From contig JAZQAZ010000020.1 in the NCBI GenBank assembly GCA_045545475.1, positions 64,001 to 128,000 on the forward strand: a stretch of DNA of 64,000 nt, written 5' to 3'. Position 1 is the stretch's first letter; the number at the start of each line of letters is the position of its first letter. Below are positions 19,721 through 29,478 of the stretch, in pieces. The notes beneath the pieces were generated by a model. The model was not told where the DNA came from and did no database searches. It saw only the letters and a program-made list of their open reading frames with translations. The stretch comes from Clostridia bacterium. Lineage in GTDB: Bacteria; Bacillota; Clostridia; CAKSNL01; HGM11501. The translations under genes were made by a program, and so were the position numbers.

Positions 19721-20310
19721 GATATGTACTTGGATTAACCGGCGGAACAGGTGCGGGAAAAAGCTTGATAAGTGCAATACTTCAAAAAAAAGGTGCAAAG
19801 ATAATTGATGCTGATAAATTAAGCCGTGAAATAACAAAAAAGGGCGGAATAGCTTTGCCTGAAATAGAAAAAGCTTTTCCCGGTGTTGTCGAAAACGGAA
19901 TACTTGACAGAAAAGCTCTTGGGAGAATAGTTTTTTCTGATAAGGAAAAGCTTTTAATATTAAATGAAATTACGCATAAATATATTATTAAGCTTACGAA
20001 AGAAGCTATAGAAACATCAGATGGTCTTATAGTTCTCGATGCACCGCTCCTTTTTGAAGCAGGCGAGGATAAGCTTTGCGACAAGGTTATTTTCGTGGAG
20101 GCTGACGAGGCTCAGAGGCTTGAAAGAATAGTGAAAAGGGATAATTTAAGTTATGAAGATGCAATGGCAAGAATAAAAGCACGAGATCTTGACATTGTAA
20201 AGGCAAAGTGTGACTTTGTCATAGTGAATGACGGTGATGCAGATAGACTTGAAAAGGAAACAATGGAGAAAGTATTTAAATGTGTCGGAAAGGATATTTT
20301 TAATAAATGA
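19717..20310 (+). CDS. coaE: Dephospho-CoA kinase
   Basis: GLTGGTGAGKS P-loop, IIDAD, LDRKAL, DAPLLFE; polA-coaE synteny. Confidence 0.95.
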   Translation: MRYVLGLTGGTGAGKSLISAILQKKGAKIIDADKLSREITKKGGIALPEIEKAFPGVVENGILDRKALGRIVFSDKEKLLILNEITHKYIIKLTKEAIETSDGLIVLDAPLLFEAGEDKLCDKVIFVEADEAQRLERIVKRDNLSYEDAMARIKARDLDIVKAKCDFVIVNDGDADRLEKETMEKVFKCVGKDIFNK

Positions 20311-20840
20311 AGAAAATTTTAAGGCTTTTTATCCTTATTCTTATTGTGGCCGTGGCGTTTTCGTTCCTGCTTGGTAAAATCGAGGTTAAGTATAAGGATG
20401 AAATTGATATAATTGCGAAAGAATATTCTCTTGACAGATTTTTGGTTTATGCCCTTATAATGGCTGAAAGCGGTTTTGAGCCTGAGGCTGAATCTGTAAA
20501 AGGAGCATCCGGGCTTATGCAGCTTACACCGGATACTGCTCTTTGGTGTGCCGGAAAAGTGGGAGATGAAAATCTCGCAGCTGAAATAACGCTCCCGGAA
20601 GTCAACATACGTCTGGGATGCTTTTACCTTCGCTATCTTCTGGATAGATATGGAGGGGAGGAAACAAGTGCACTTGCAGCATATAATGCGGGAAGTTCCA
20701 ATGTTGATGAATGGCTTGCAGACGGCACTTATTCTCCCGACGGAAAAAGCCTTACGGGAGCACCGTTCCCCGAAACAGATAATTATATTAAGAAAATAGC
20801 TTTTTATAAAAAGCTTTATACGCTTTTGTACGGAGAATAA
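20307..20840 (+). CDS. Lytic transglycosylase (SLT domain) with N-terminal TM
   Basis: AES, GASGLMQL, LAAYNAG and ETDNY motifs. Confidence 0.92.
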   Translation: MKKILRLFILILIVAVAFSFLLGKIEVKYKDEIDIIAKEYSLDRFLVYALIMAESGFEPEAESVKGASGLMQLTPDTALWCAGKVGDENLAAEITLPEVNIRLGCFYLRYLLDRYGGEETSALAAYNAGSSNVDEWLADGTYSPDGKSLTGAPFPETDNYIKKIAFYKKLYTLLYGE

Positions 20841-20842
20841 AT

Positions 20843-21670
20843 ATGGCAAATATAATTGAAATTACTGATATAAATAATCCTTGCCTGGATGTCTACTGTC
20901 GTTTAACTGAAGCACAGCTTAAAAACAAACTTGACAGAGAAAAAGGACTTTTCATAGCAGAAAGTCCAAATGTTATAAAGTACGCTCTTGAGCGTGGATA
21001 TGAGCCGGTTTCACTTCTTATGGAAAGAAAGCGAATTGAGGGAAGCGGAAAAGAAATAGTGGAAAAAGCAGGAGGAATTCCCATATACACGGCAGACGGT
21101 GAAATACTTGAAAGTCTTACAGGTTACCCTCTTACACGGGGAATTTTATGTGCCATGAAGCGTCCGGCCTTGAAGAAGCCTGAAGAAATACTGAAGGGAG
21201 CAAGGCGTGTTGCGGTATTGGAAGACATTGTTGACACAACGAATGTCGGGGCAATTTTTAGAAGTGCGGCGGCACTTGGAATTGATGCGGTGCTTTTAAC
21301 GCCTTCATGCTCTGATCCCTTAAACAGAAGAACGGTGAGAGTCAGTATGGGTACAGTTTTTCAGGTGCCATGGACATACATTGGGGAGGATGCTTCCTCC
21401 TGGCCGCAAAAAGGACTTTCATTCCTTCACGAAAGAGGATTTGCAAGCTGTGCTATGGCTCTTTGGAATAACTCTGTTTCAATTGACGATGAAGGGTTAA
21501 AGAAAGAGGACAAGCTTGCAATAATCTTAGGAACGGAAGGCACCGGACTTAAAACCGAGACAATTGAATTGAGTACATATACTGTAAAAATCCCAATGCA
21601 GCACGGCGTTGATTCGCTTAATGTGGCATCGGCATCTGCGGTTGCCTTCTGGGAACTTAGGAAAAGATAA
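20843..21670 (+). CDS. TrmH/SpoU family RNA methyltransferase
   Basis: NVGAIFRSAAALG, GTEGTGL and IPMQHGVDSLNV SPOUT motifs. Confidence 0.92.
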   Translation: MANIIEITDINNPCLDVYCRLTEAQLKNKLDREKGLFIAESPNVIKYALERGYEPVSLLMERKRIEGSGKEIVEKAGGIPIYTADGEILESLTGYPLTRGILCAMKRPALKKPEEILKGARRVAVLEDIVDTTNVGAIFRSAAALGIDAVLLTPSCSDPLNRRTVRVSMGTVFQVPWTYIGEDASSWPQKGLSFLHERGFASCAMALWNNSVSIDDEGLKKEDKLAIILGTEGTGLKTETIELSTYTVKIPMQHGVDSLNVASASAVAFWELRKR

Positions 21671-21701
21671 AAGCTTTGGTGCAATGCACCAAAGCTTTTT
21701 T
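21670..21701 (+). terminator. Intrinsic terminator
   Basis: AAAGCTTTGGTGC-aat-GCACCAAAGCTTTTT. Confidence 0.85.
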
Positions 21702-21703
21702 AT

Positions 21704-21929
21704 CGGGACATTCGTGAATGTCTCCTACATTATTAAGCAGGGGAGATTTGTAATCGCCTGAATTTGACATTCTGACGACGGAGTTTATTAAAAACTCCTA
21801 TGGAAGAATCTTAAAAACGAAAACAGCGTGCAGAGATTCTTCGCTCATTTCATTCGCTCAGAATGACAGAGAGGAGAAGGTGCTCAGAATGACTGAGAGG
21901 ATAAGGTGTTCAAAATGACAGAGAGGAGA
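21704..21929. repeat. Intergenic repeat cluster: GTAG-type palindrome, inverted pair of TGTCATTCTGA..GAAGAATC elements, and about 3 x 26-bp tandem repeat
   Basis: GTAG palindrome 21704-21728 (minus); elements at 21765-21811 and 21834-21868; GCTCAGAATGACAGAGAGGAGAAGGT-like units at 21856, 21882 and 21908. Confidence 0.75.
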
Positions 21930-22739
21930 TTATATAAACTTTCTTATAACCTCGGCAACAAAGCCTTCGTTGTTTGTAAGGGGAGAAATATATTTTGCAG
22001 TCTTTTTCGCACCCTCGGTTGCATTTTTCGGGACTGCGGAAAATGCAGCAAAGTTAAGCATTGGATTGTCGTTTTCCGAGTCGCCCATAGCAACGGTTTT
22101 TGATAAATCGAGACCAAAATGCTCGCATACCCATTTTATTCCCTTGTCCTTTCCGTTTGCTTTTAAGGATAAATCGTAATATCCCAGTGTGGAGTGAATG
22201 GTGAAAAACTTTGAAAGCTTCATAAATTCATCCTTGCCGTCTTTTTCGGGGAAGGCAATCATCTTGGATAAGCGGATGTTGTTTTCTCTTATATAATCCT
22301 CTCCCGTGATTATGGCATCGTCCTTTGAAAAAGCAAGAAGTCTGTCCTTCTGGGTTTTCATTTCGCTTATGGGTACGTGGGTGTTGTTTTCCGGCACATT
22401 AAGTTCGTACTTCTGAAATTCCGTATCGAAATAAAAATGCCAGCCGCACTTTTTGCATATATTATAAATTTCAATGGTTTCATCTACTGTGGTGTAATTT
22501 TCAAAAATCACATTTCTTCCGTGAAAAATTGTGGCACCGAGACTTGTTATAACTCCGTCAACCCCGGTATCAAAGGAAATCTGGTCGGGAAGGCGGCTTA
22601 CCGAGCGGCCCGTGTTTATAAAAACCATATGCCCCCTGGCACGGGCTTCTTTTATTGCTTTTAAGTTTTCCTCAGGAACCTGCTTTTCATCATTTGCCAA
22701 TGTCCCGTCAATATCTATAAAAAATGTAAATCTATCCAT
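21930..22739 (-). CDS. Cof-type HAD-IIB family hydrolase
   Basis: DIDGTL, NTGR, KDKGI and GDSEND motifs; ATG after GAGGTG. Confidence 0.92.
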   Translation of the reverse strand: MDRFTFFIDIDGTLANDEKQVPEENLKAIKEARARGHMVFINTGRSVSRLPDQISFDTGVDGVITSLGATIFHGRNVIFENYTTVDETIEIYNICKKCGWHFYFDTEFQKYELNVPENNTHVPISEMKTQKDRLLAFSKDDAIITGEDYIRENNIRLSKMIAFPEKDGKDEFMKLSKFFTIHSTLGYYDLSLKANGKDKGIKWVCEHFGLDLSKTVAMGDSENDNPMLNFAAFSAVPKNATEGAKKTAKYISPLTNNEGFVAEVIRKFI

Positions 22740-22792
22740 ACAAACACCTCTTAAGCAGTATAGCATAAAGAAATAGAAATTGCAAATGAAAT

Positions 22793-22817
22793 GTAGTGGA
22801 GGGGCTTGCTCCTCCCG
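22793..22817 (+). repeat. GTAG-type REP-like palindrome
   Basis: GTAGTGGAGGGGCTTGCTCCTCCCG, similar to 10091-10115. Confidence 0.55.
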
Positions 22818-22878
22818 TTTATCTTAAAGGAGAAGTGAATAAAAAGGTTCCGATTGAAATAATCGGAACCTTTAATAC

Positions 22879-24189
22879 TTATTTCTTAAGCTTATCCTTG
22901 GGAATGTTTACATAGTCAAATACGTTAACGGGCATACCTGAAGCCATTGACTTATTGGCACAGATACCTGTCATAATACTCATTGCACCGTCGATGTGAC
23001 TTGCCGCTCTGTGGAGAGGATCATAAGGAGCATTGGGATTGAAGATATCGTCAAGCATAACGGGATCGCCGCCGCCGTGTCCGCCTTCTATTTTTTTGAT
23101 CTCAACCTCATAGGGGGGCTGGAACTGAGGATAAACAACGATGCTTCTACCCTTTACAAGACCTTCCTTTTCGGAAGCATCCTGACCGTTGATATAAATA
23201 TCCTCAACAACTCTCATTTCAACTCGTCCCTTGGTACCGGTGATGCAAACCTTAAGTCCTTCGTAGGGAGAGAAAGCATTTAATGAGTAGCTCATAATTG
23301 CGCCGTTTGCATAGTTAACAAGTACGTTCATTGTATCTTCAATGCTGATACCGTCGCCGAATACGCTCTGGTCACGAACATAACCGTCGTCCTTTTCAGC
23401 CTCCAGATACATGGTACGGAGATAGGGGCTTGCCTCCATATTTATTGCAAAGGGATCGCCCTTGGCGTTTTCGGAGCCGTGGCAGCGGGTATAAAACTTT
23501 GTGATGCCGCGTTCTTCCGCATTTTCTCTTCCGTAGAACTTAAGTCCGCCCTGCGCATAAACTTTAACGGGGTAGGAGTTAATCCAGAAGTTTACAAGGT
23601 CGAAGTGGTGAGTTGCCTTATGAACCATAAGACCGCCGGAGTTTCTCTTGTCTCTGTGCCAGCGTCTGAAATAGTCTGCACCGTGAGCTGTGTTTAAGAG
23701 CCACTCAAAATGAATCTGCTTAACGTCACCGATTGTTCCTTCTGCAATAATTTCGCGGAGCTTTGAGTGATGGGGAGCATAACGGTAGTTAAATGAAACT
23801 CTTAAGTTTTTGCCTGTTCTTTCAATGGCATCGAGTATTTCGTTGCACTTATCGTCGTCAACCGTCATGGGCTTTTCGGAAATAACGTCGCAGCCCATTT
23901 CCATAGCCTTAACGATGTAACGGTGGTGCGTTCTGTCGATGGAGGTTACGATGACAACATCGGGCTTTTCTGTTTCAATCATCTTTTCGAACTCATCTGC
24001 ACCGTAAAGGTTAACATCGTGATAACCGAAGTTTTCCATTAAAATTTTTCTGCCAAGCTCAAGTCTTGTTCTGTTGATGTCGCAAAATGCGGTAAGTTCG
24101 CAGAGATCTTTGTATGTTGTGGCAAGTGCATTTGTCCACATTCTGGATCTTCCGCCGATACCCACCTGTACATATCTTTTCTTTTCCAT
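22879..24189 (-). CDS. Gfo/Idh/MocA family oxidoreductase (YteT-like)
   Basis: VGIGGRS, ISEKPM, HGADYFRRWHR, HKATHHFD, GGHGGGD; ATG after AAGGAGG. Confidence 0.9.
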   Translation of the reverse strand: MEKKRYVQVGIGGRSRMWTNALATTYKDLCELTAFCDINRTRLELGRKILMENFGYHDVNLYGADEFEKMIETEKPDVVIVTSIDRTHHRYIVKAMEMGCDVISEKPMTVDDDKCNEILDAIERTGKNLRVSFNYRYAPHHSKLREIIAEGTIGDVKQIHFEWLLNTAHGADYFRRWHRDKRNSGGLMVHKATHHFDLVNFWINSYPVKVYAQGGLKFYGRENAEERGITKFYTRCHGSENAKGDPFAINMEASPYLRTMYLEAEKDDGYVRDQSVFGDGISIEDTMNVLVNYANGAIMSYSLNAFSPYEGLKVCITGTKGRVEMRVVEDIYINGQDASEKEGLVKGRSIVVYPQFQPPYEVEIKKIEGGHGGGDPVMLDDIFNPNAPYDPLHRAASHIDGAMSIMTGICANKSMASGMPVNVFDYVNIPKDKLKK

Positions 24190-24332
24190 AAAAATTTCCT
24201 CCTTAAAGAAATTTATTATTGACAAACCATTGTCTTCTTTTATATAATACACCTATAAATTTGTTTTTTCTATAAAAATATAACTATTTTTTTTCAAAAA
24301 AACAAAAATATTGCACTTTTTGGGGGGCGCTT

Positions 24333-25151
24333 ATGGATATAATACAAACTTCCGGCAAAAAAATTACTGCCGAGCGCAGCAGCTATGTAAGGCACAAAAG
24401 TATGAAATATCTTCAGCTTCACGATTATTACGAGGGCTATTTTCTTCTGGAAGGCGAAAGAAAATATTTCATTGACAGCAAGCTTTATTCCCTTCAGGCA
24501 GGTGATTTTGTTTTGGTACCTCCCGATGTGCTTCACAGAAGTGTGGGGGATAATGCCGGCTTTTATTCAAGAGTGCTTTTGACCATTCCGAAAAAGTTTA
24601 TGGAAAAAGAACTTGTTACGGAATTTTATGAAGGAGGCACAGAATACGTGCTTAAAATTCCTGCAAAGCGAAGGAAATATCTTGAATCCATACTTGAAAA
24701 AATGGAATATGAAACGGGAAGAAATGATTCTCACAGCGAGTATCTTTTAAAAAGCTATGCAAATGAGCTTTTCATATTTTTAATAAGAATAAAGGCAAGA
24801 ACGGACTTTTCAAGGGCGGACAAGGAAGCAGACCGCGTGATAGGCGAGGCAGCAAGCTTTATAAGGGAAAATTTTGATAAACCGCTTACTCTTGAAATTA
24901 CGGCAAGGCGTGTCCGAATGAGCAAAACCTATTTCTGTAAAATGTTCCGTGAAAAAACGGGCTTCGGCTTTTCCGATTATCTTGCGGGGGTAAGAATAAC
25001 AGAGGCTGCAAAAATGCTTACCGATACCGATATGAATATAACGGAAATTGCTACAAAGTGCGGCTTTAATGACAGCTCCTACTTTGCAACGGTGTTCAAA
25101 AGAATAAAAGGTGTAACACCCGTTAAGTACAGAAAGTCAAGAGAAATTTAA
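24333..25151 (+). CDS. AraC family transcriptional regulator (divergent from oxidoreductase)
   Basis: Cupin N-terminus plus HTH (ITEIATKCGFNDSSYFATVFK..GVTPVKYRK). Confidence 0.92.
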   Translation: MDIIQTSGKKITAERSSYVRHKSMKYLQLHDYYEGYFLLEGERKYFIDSKLYSLQAGDFVLVPPDVLHRSVGDNAGFYSRVLLTIPKKFMEKELVTEFYEGGTEYVLKIPAKRRKYLESILEKMEYETGRNDSHSEYLLKSYANELFIFLIRIKARTDFSRADKEADRVIGEAASFIRENFDKPLTLEITARRVRMSKTYFCKMFREKTGFGFSDYLAGVRITEAAKMLTDTDMNITEIATKCGFNDSSYFATVFKRIKGVTPVKYRKSREI

Positions 25152-25231
25152 TTTTAGTCAATTTGTATATTGAAAAATAACTGATATGATGCTATAATCA
25201 ATCTATATTTAAAAAGAAAGAGGCGTTTTAA

Positions 25232-26257
25232 ATGGAAAAGAAGAATATTGACTGGCAGAACTTAGGCTTCGGTTATGTAAAGACAGACTACCGCTATGTG
25301 TCCGACTTTAAGGACGGTGCCTGGGACGAAGGCAGACTTACAGAGGATGCAACAATTGCAATAAGCGAATGTGCAGGCGTATTCCAGTATGCTCAGACCT
25401 GCTTTGAAGGTCTTAAAGCATATACAACAGAAGACGGAAAAATTGTTACCTTCCGTCCCGACCTTAATGCACAGAGAATGGCAGACTCCGCAAGAAGACT
25501 TGAGATGCCCGTTTTCCCCGAGGACAGATTTGTTGAAGCTGTAGCCGAGGTAGTAAAAGCAAACGCAGCTTATGTTCCTCCCTACGGAAGCGGTGCGACC
25601 CTTTATTTAAGACCCTTTATGATAGGCTCAAACCCCGTTATCGGTGTTAAGCCTGCAACAGAATATCAGTTCAGAATTTTTGCAACGCCCGTTGGCCCTT
25701 ACTTCAAGGGCGGCGTTAAGCCCCTTACACTTAAGGTTGCCGATTTTGACAGAGCTGCTCCCAACGGAACAGGTAACGTTAAGGCAGGTCTTAACTATGC
25801 AATGAGCCTGCACGCTATCGTAACTGCTCACGACGAAGGCTATGACGAAAATATGTACTTAGATGCCAAGACTCACACAAAGGTTGAAGAAACAGGCGGC
25901 GCAAACTTTATTTTCGTAACAAAGGATAAAAAGGTTGTAACTCCCAAATCAAACAGTATTCTTCCTTCAATTACACGCCGTTCATTAATGGTTGTTGCCA
26001 AGGAATATTTAGGTCTTGAGGCAGAGGAAAGAGAAATCACTTTAGAAGAAGTTAAAGACTTTGCTGAGTGCGGTCTTTGCGGAACAGCAGCTGTTATTTC
26101 TCCCGTTGGTAAAATTGTTGACCACGGCAAGGAAATCGCATTCCCCAGCGGTATGAGCGAAATGGGCGAAATTACAAAGAAGCTTTACGACACATTGACA
26201 GGTATCCAGATGGGCAGAATCGAAGCTCCCAAGGGCTGGATAAAGGAAATTCTTTAA
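25232..26257 (+). CDS. ilvE: Branched-chain amino acid aminotransferase
   Basis: FEGLKAY, YLRPF, KAGLNYA, ILPSITR and CGTAAVISPV class-IV PLP motifs. Confidence 0.95.
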   Translation: MEKKNIDWQNLGFGYVKTDYRYVSDFKDGAWDEGRLTEDATIAISECAGVFQYAQTCFEGLKAYTTEDGKIVTFRPDLNAQRMADSARRLEMPVFPEDRFVEAVAEVVKANAAYVPPYGSGATLYLRPFMIGSNPVIGVKPATEYQFRIFATPVGPYFKGGVKPLTLKVADFDRAAPNGTGNVKAGLNYAMSLHAIVTAHDEGYDENMYLDAKTHTKVEETGGANFIFVTKDKKVVTPKSNSILPSITRRSLMVVAKEYLGLEAEEREITLEEVKDFAECGLCGTAAVISPVGKIVDHGKEIAFPSGMSEMGEITKKLYDTLTGIQMGRIEAPKGWIKEIL

Positions 26258-26326
26258 TAAAAAGTGTGCCAAAGGGGCACGGAATGTGCCCCTTTAAATA
26301 TTTTTTCAAAAATATAAAAAAAGTTC

Positions 26327-26355
26327 TTGCATTATTTAAAACTTTGTGTTATAAT
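26327..26355 (+). promoter_or_regulatory. SigA promoter of rpmE
   Basis: TTGCAT-17bp-TATAAT with extended TG. Confidence 0.7.
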
Positions 26356-26416
26356 TATGCGGTAATAGGCTGTCGGCAAAATCCGACGGCGCAAAATGAA
26401 CGAGAGGTGAACGTAA

Positions 26417-26623
26417 ATGAGAGAAGGAATTCATCCTGATTATAAGCAGACAACAATCAAGTGTGCTTGTGGCGAAGTAATCGAAACAGGTTCCACAAAA
26501 GAAAACATCACAGTTGAAATCTGCTCCAAGTGCCATCCCTTCTACACAGGAAAGCAGAAGCTTGTTGATACAGGCGGTCGTGTAGAAAGATTCAGAAAGA
26601 AATTTAATCTTGAAAGCAAATAA
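26417..26623 (+). CDS. rpmE: 50S ribosomal protein L31 (Zn-binding type)
   Basis: [35 protein letters not shown]. Confidence 0.98.
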   Translation: MREGIHPDYKQTTIKCACGEVIETGSTKENITVEICSKCHPFYTGKQKLVDTGGRVERFRKKFNLESK

Positions 26624-26717
26624 AAAAAGTGGGCAACGCCCGCTTTTTTTGTTTCTATATTGAAATTTTTTTCTATGTGTGGTAATATATAGTAAAAAGA
26701 GAAAGGTGGATTGAAAA

Positions 26718-27341
26718 ATGGATTTTGGTGTAATTGTTTTAGGTTTGGTGGTTTTATTAATTTATATCGCTTTATTTGCGTATCTGATTGCTAATTATGT
26801 TTTGGAATCTCTTGCTTTTTATAAGATAGCAAAAGCAAAAGAAATTGAAAACCCCTGGCTTTCATGGATTCCTGTTTGCAACTATTACATAATAGGCCGA
26901 ATCGCAAACGAATATGATAAAGAGAAGGGCTATGACAGAAAGTGGCACAAACCACTTTTGACTTTCGGAATAATTTTTGCAGCTGTTATGTCTGTGGGAT
27001 ATGTTGTATTCATTGCCGGAACGGTGATTATGAGTATGGACTACGGTTATATGGACTATTCATCAACGCTGGGAGTAAGCCTTTTTGCAATAGGCTATGC
27101 AGGAATTTTAGTCGGTGCTGTTGCGGCGGCGGTAACCAATATACTGCGTGGGATATGTGTATATAAAATATTTGAAGCACTTAATCCTGAAAAGGCTATC
27201 AAATATATAATACTTTATTTTCTTGTGCCACTTGCAGGTCCGATATGTCTTTTGAAAAACAGCGACAGGGCGTATCCTGAAAAAGTTGAAACACCTATAT
27301 TTGAATTTACTGAAGAATCGGAAAGTCCAGAGGAAAAGTGA
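26718..27341 (+). CDS. Hypothetical membrane protein
   Basis: Several TM segments, YKIAK..NPWLSWIP motif; own promoter and RBS. Confidence 0.75.
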   Translation: MDFGVIVLGLVVLLIYIALFAYLIANYVLESLAFYKIAKAKEIENPWLSWIPVCNYYIIGRIANEYDKEKGYDRKWHKPLLTFGIIFAAVMSVGYVVFIAGTVIMSMDYGYMDYSSTLGVSLFAIGYAGILVGAVAAAVTNILRGICVYKIFEALNPEKAIKYIILYFLVPLAGPICLLKNSDRAYPEKVETPIFEFTEESESPEEK

Positions 27342-27351
27342 ATAAAAAGTG

Positions 27352-27390
27352 ACAAGGCATCGAAGCTGTCGCTTCGATGCCTTGTTTATT
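27352..27390. terminator. Bidirectional terminator
   Basis: ACAAGGCATCGAAGC-tgtc-GCTTCGATGCCTTGT between convergent genes. Confidence 0.75.
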
Positions 27391-27404
27391 TTTTGTGAAG
27401 ATAT

Positions 27405-28220
27405 TTATTCCGCAAAGTCAAACAAAAGTTCATCCTTTAGCCATGCGGCGCTTAAATTGGCCCAGCTTGACGCATGAGGCTTTTGGGGTGCAAGCCCCAT
27501 ACCGTGACCGCCTGTGGGATAGATATGTAATTCAAAGGGAACTTTGTTTTCGGAAAGTGCCTTTGCCATATCAATGCTGTTGGAAACGGGAACCACAGGA
27601 TCTTCTGCGGTATGCCACAAAAATGTGGGCGGGGTTTCAGGATTAACCTGCTTTTCTGCCGATAAAAAGTCCGAAAGTGCCATATATTCGTCACCGGGAT
27701 AATCGGATAAAAGATTTTTTCTTGAGCCGATGTGGGTATACTTACTGCTAAATGAAAGCACGCCGTAGCAAAGAATCGCGCCGTTGGGACGGGCGGAAAC
27801 TTCATCAATTTCATCCTTTGCCTCAACTTCAAAATCGTAATGGGTGAGTAACGTTGATGCCAGATGACCGCCTGCGGAAAAGCCGAGGATTGCTATCTGG
27901 TCTGGATTTACGTTGTATTCCTTGGCGTGGTAGCGGACATATCTGATGGCACGAAGGGCATCGTAAAGCATTGCGGGATGGTTGTAGGGGGCAAGGCGGT
28001 AGGTTACAACAAAGGCATTAAAGCCGTTATTGTTATAAAATTCGGCAATTTTTGAGCCTTCTTTTTCCAGTGATAAATGGTGATATCCTCCGCCGGGGAA
28101 AATGATTACGGTGCCAAGGGGTTTATCTGAATCAATCAAAAACGGCTCCATTGCAGGAATCTGACCAAGTTCTTCTTTATAAAGCGGAATATTTTCCTTT
28201 TCCCATAAATTAATCATCAT
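27405..28220 (-). CDS. Alpha/beta hydrolase (acetyl/carbohydrate esterase-like)
   Basis: PGGGY oxyanion motif, GFSAGG nucleophile, D..V and HG catalytic region. Confidence 0.88.
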   Translation of the reverse strand: MMINLWEKENIPLYKEELGQIPAMEPFLIDSDKPLGTVIIFPGGGYHHLSLEKEGSKIAEFYNNNGFNAFVVTYRLAPYNHPAMLYDALRAIRYVRYHAKEYNVNPDQIAILGFSAGGHLASTLLTHYDFEVEAKDEIDEVSARPNGAILCYGVLSFSSKYTHIGSRKNLLSDYPGDEYMALSDFLSAEKQVNPETPPTFLWHTAEDPVVPVSNSIDMAKALSENKVPFELHIYPTGGHGMGLAPQKPHASSWANLSAAWLKDELLFDFAE

Positions 28221-29476
28221 ACCAAATCCTCCTTTACTGTTCTTCTTATAAGATCGTAAACGTGAAGCATTGCCGAATTTCTCACGCGGTCTCTTGCACC
28301 GGGAATGAAAAGCTTAAAGGCTTTTTCACACTTTTCGGTGGAAATTGCAATCCATACCGTACCTACGGGCTTATCGGGAGTGCCGCCTGTGGGGCCTGCG
28401 ATACCGCTGGTGGAAACGCCGATGTCACTGCCTGCTTTAAGGCGGACACCCTTTGCCATCTGAAGCACGGTCTCTTCCGATACTGCACCGCATTTTTCAA
28501 GTGTTTCGGGAGAGACACCCAAGGCATTTACCTTGGCGGAATTTGCATAGGTAACGGCACCGTATAAAAACACCTCGGAGGAGCCTGAAAGGTCTGTTAT
28601 AGCCGAGGCAATCATACCGCCGGTACAGCTTTCAGCCGATGCAAAGGTAAGCTTTTTTTCGCGGAGCAAATCAAGAACGCATTGAGGCAGGGAATAGGTG
28701 AGCCCTTCGCCGTAAATTAAATCGCCGAAAATTTCGTAAATTTCCTTCTTTACGGGAGCGATTAAAGCTTCGGCTTCGTCCTTGGTTTTTGCCCTTGCAC
28801 TTATTCTTAAGGAAAGTTCCCCGGGATTTACATAGGGTGCAACGGTGGGATTGCTTGATGATGTCAAGTGAGCGATTTTTTTCTCTGCCTCAGCTTCGCC
28901 CATACCGAAAATTCTTATAAAGTCCGACTTTACGGTAACGCCGCTCTTTTCCTCGAAGAAAGGAATTAAATATTCCGTAAACATAGGCTTCATTTCGCGG
29001 GGAGGACCGGGCATCATAACAGCAATTTTGCCGTCCTTTTCAATCAGTACACCCGGGGCGGTGCCGAACTTGTTATATAAAGTAACTGCACCTTCGGGGA
29101 TAAGTGCCTGTTTTGTGTTTGAAGGTGTCATTTCCCGTCCGCGGCTTTTGAAATATTCCGTAATCTGAGAAAGTGCCGCTTCATCCATCTTAAGGGGCAT
29201 ATTAAAATATTCTGCCACGGTTTCCTTTGTCATATCGTCATATGTGGGACCAAGACCGCCTGTCATAATAACACAGTCGCTTCTTTTAAAAGCAAGGTCA
29301 AGGGATTCCTTCAATCTTTCTGCATTGTCGCCCACAACCGTGTGATAGTGGACATTCAATCCAAGCTCGGAAAGCCTTGCTGTGATAAACTGGGCATTGG
29401 TGTTTGCAATTTGCCCCATTAAAAGCTCGGTTCCGATTGCGAGTATTTCAGCGTTCACGTAAGTCAATCCTCTCAA
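28217..29476 (-). CDS. cinA: Competence/damage-inducible protein A (NMN deamidase)
   Basis: AIGTELLMGQI..N, TGGLGPTYDD, PGPPREM, AESCTGG, SGIAGPTGG; true start may be the GTG at 29458. Confidence 0.93.
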   Translation of the reverse strand: MRGLTYVNAEILAIGTELLMGQIANTNAQFITARLSELGLNVHYHTVVGDNAERLKESLDLAFKRSDCVIMTGGLGPTYDDMTKETVAEYFNMPLKMDEAALSQITEYFKSRGREMTPSNTKQALIPEGAVTLYNKFGTAPGVLIEKDGKIAVMMPGPPREMKPMFTEYLIPFFEEKSGVTVKSDFIRIFGMGEAEAEKKIAHLTSSSNPTVAPYVNPGELSLRISARAKTKDEAEALIAPVKKEIYEIFGDLIYGEGLTYSLPQCVLDLLREKKLTFASAESCTGGMIASAITDLSGSSEVFLYGAVTYANSAKVNALGVSPETLEKCGAVSEETVLQMAKGVRLKAGSDIGVSTSGIAGPTGGTPDKPVGTVWIAISTEKCEKAFKLFIPGARDRVRNSAMLHVYDLIRRTVKEDLV

Positions 29477-29478
29477 GA

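Noticed and set aside
21856-21929. CRISPR array
   Set aside because: Head-to-tail tandem units without unique spacers.
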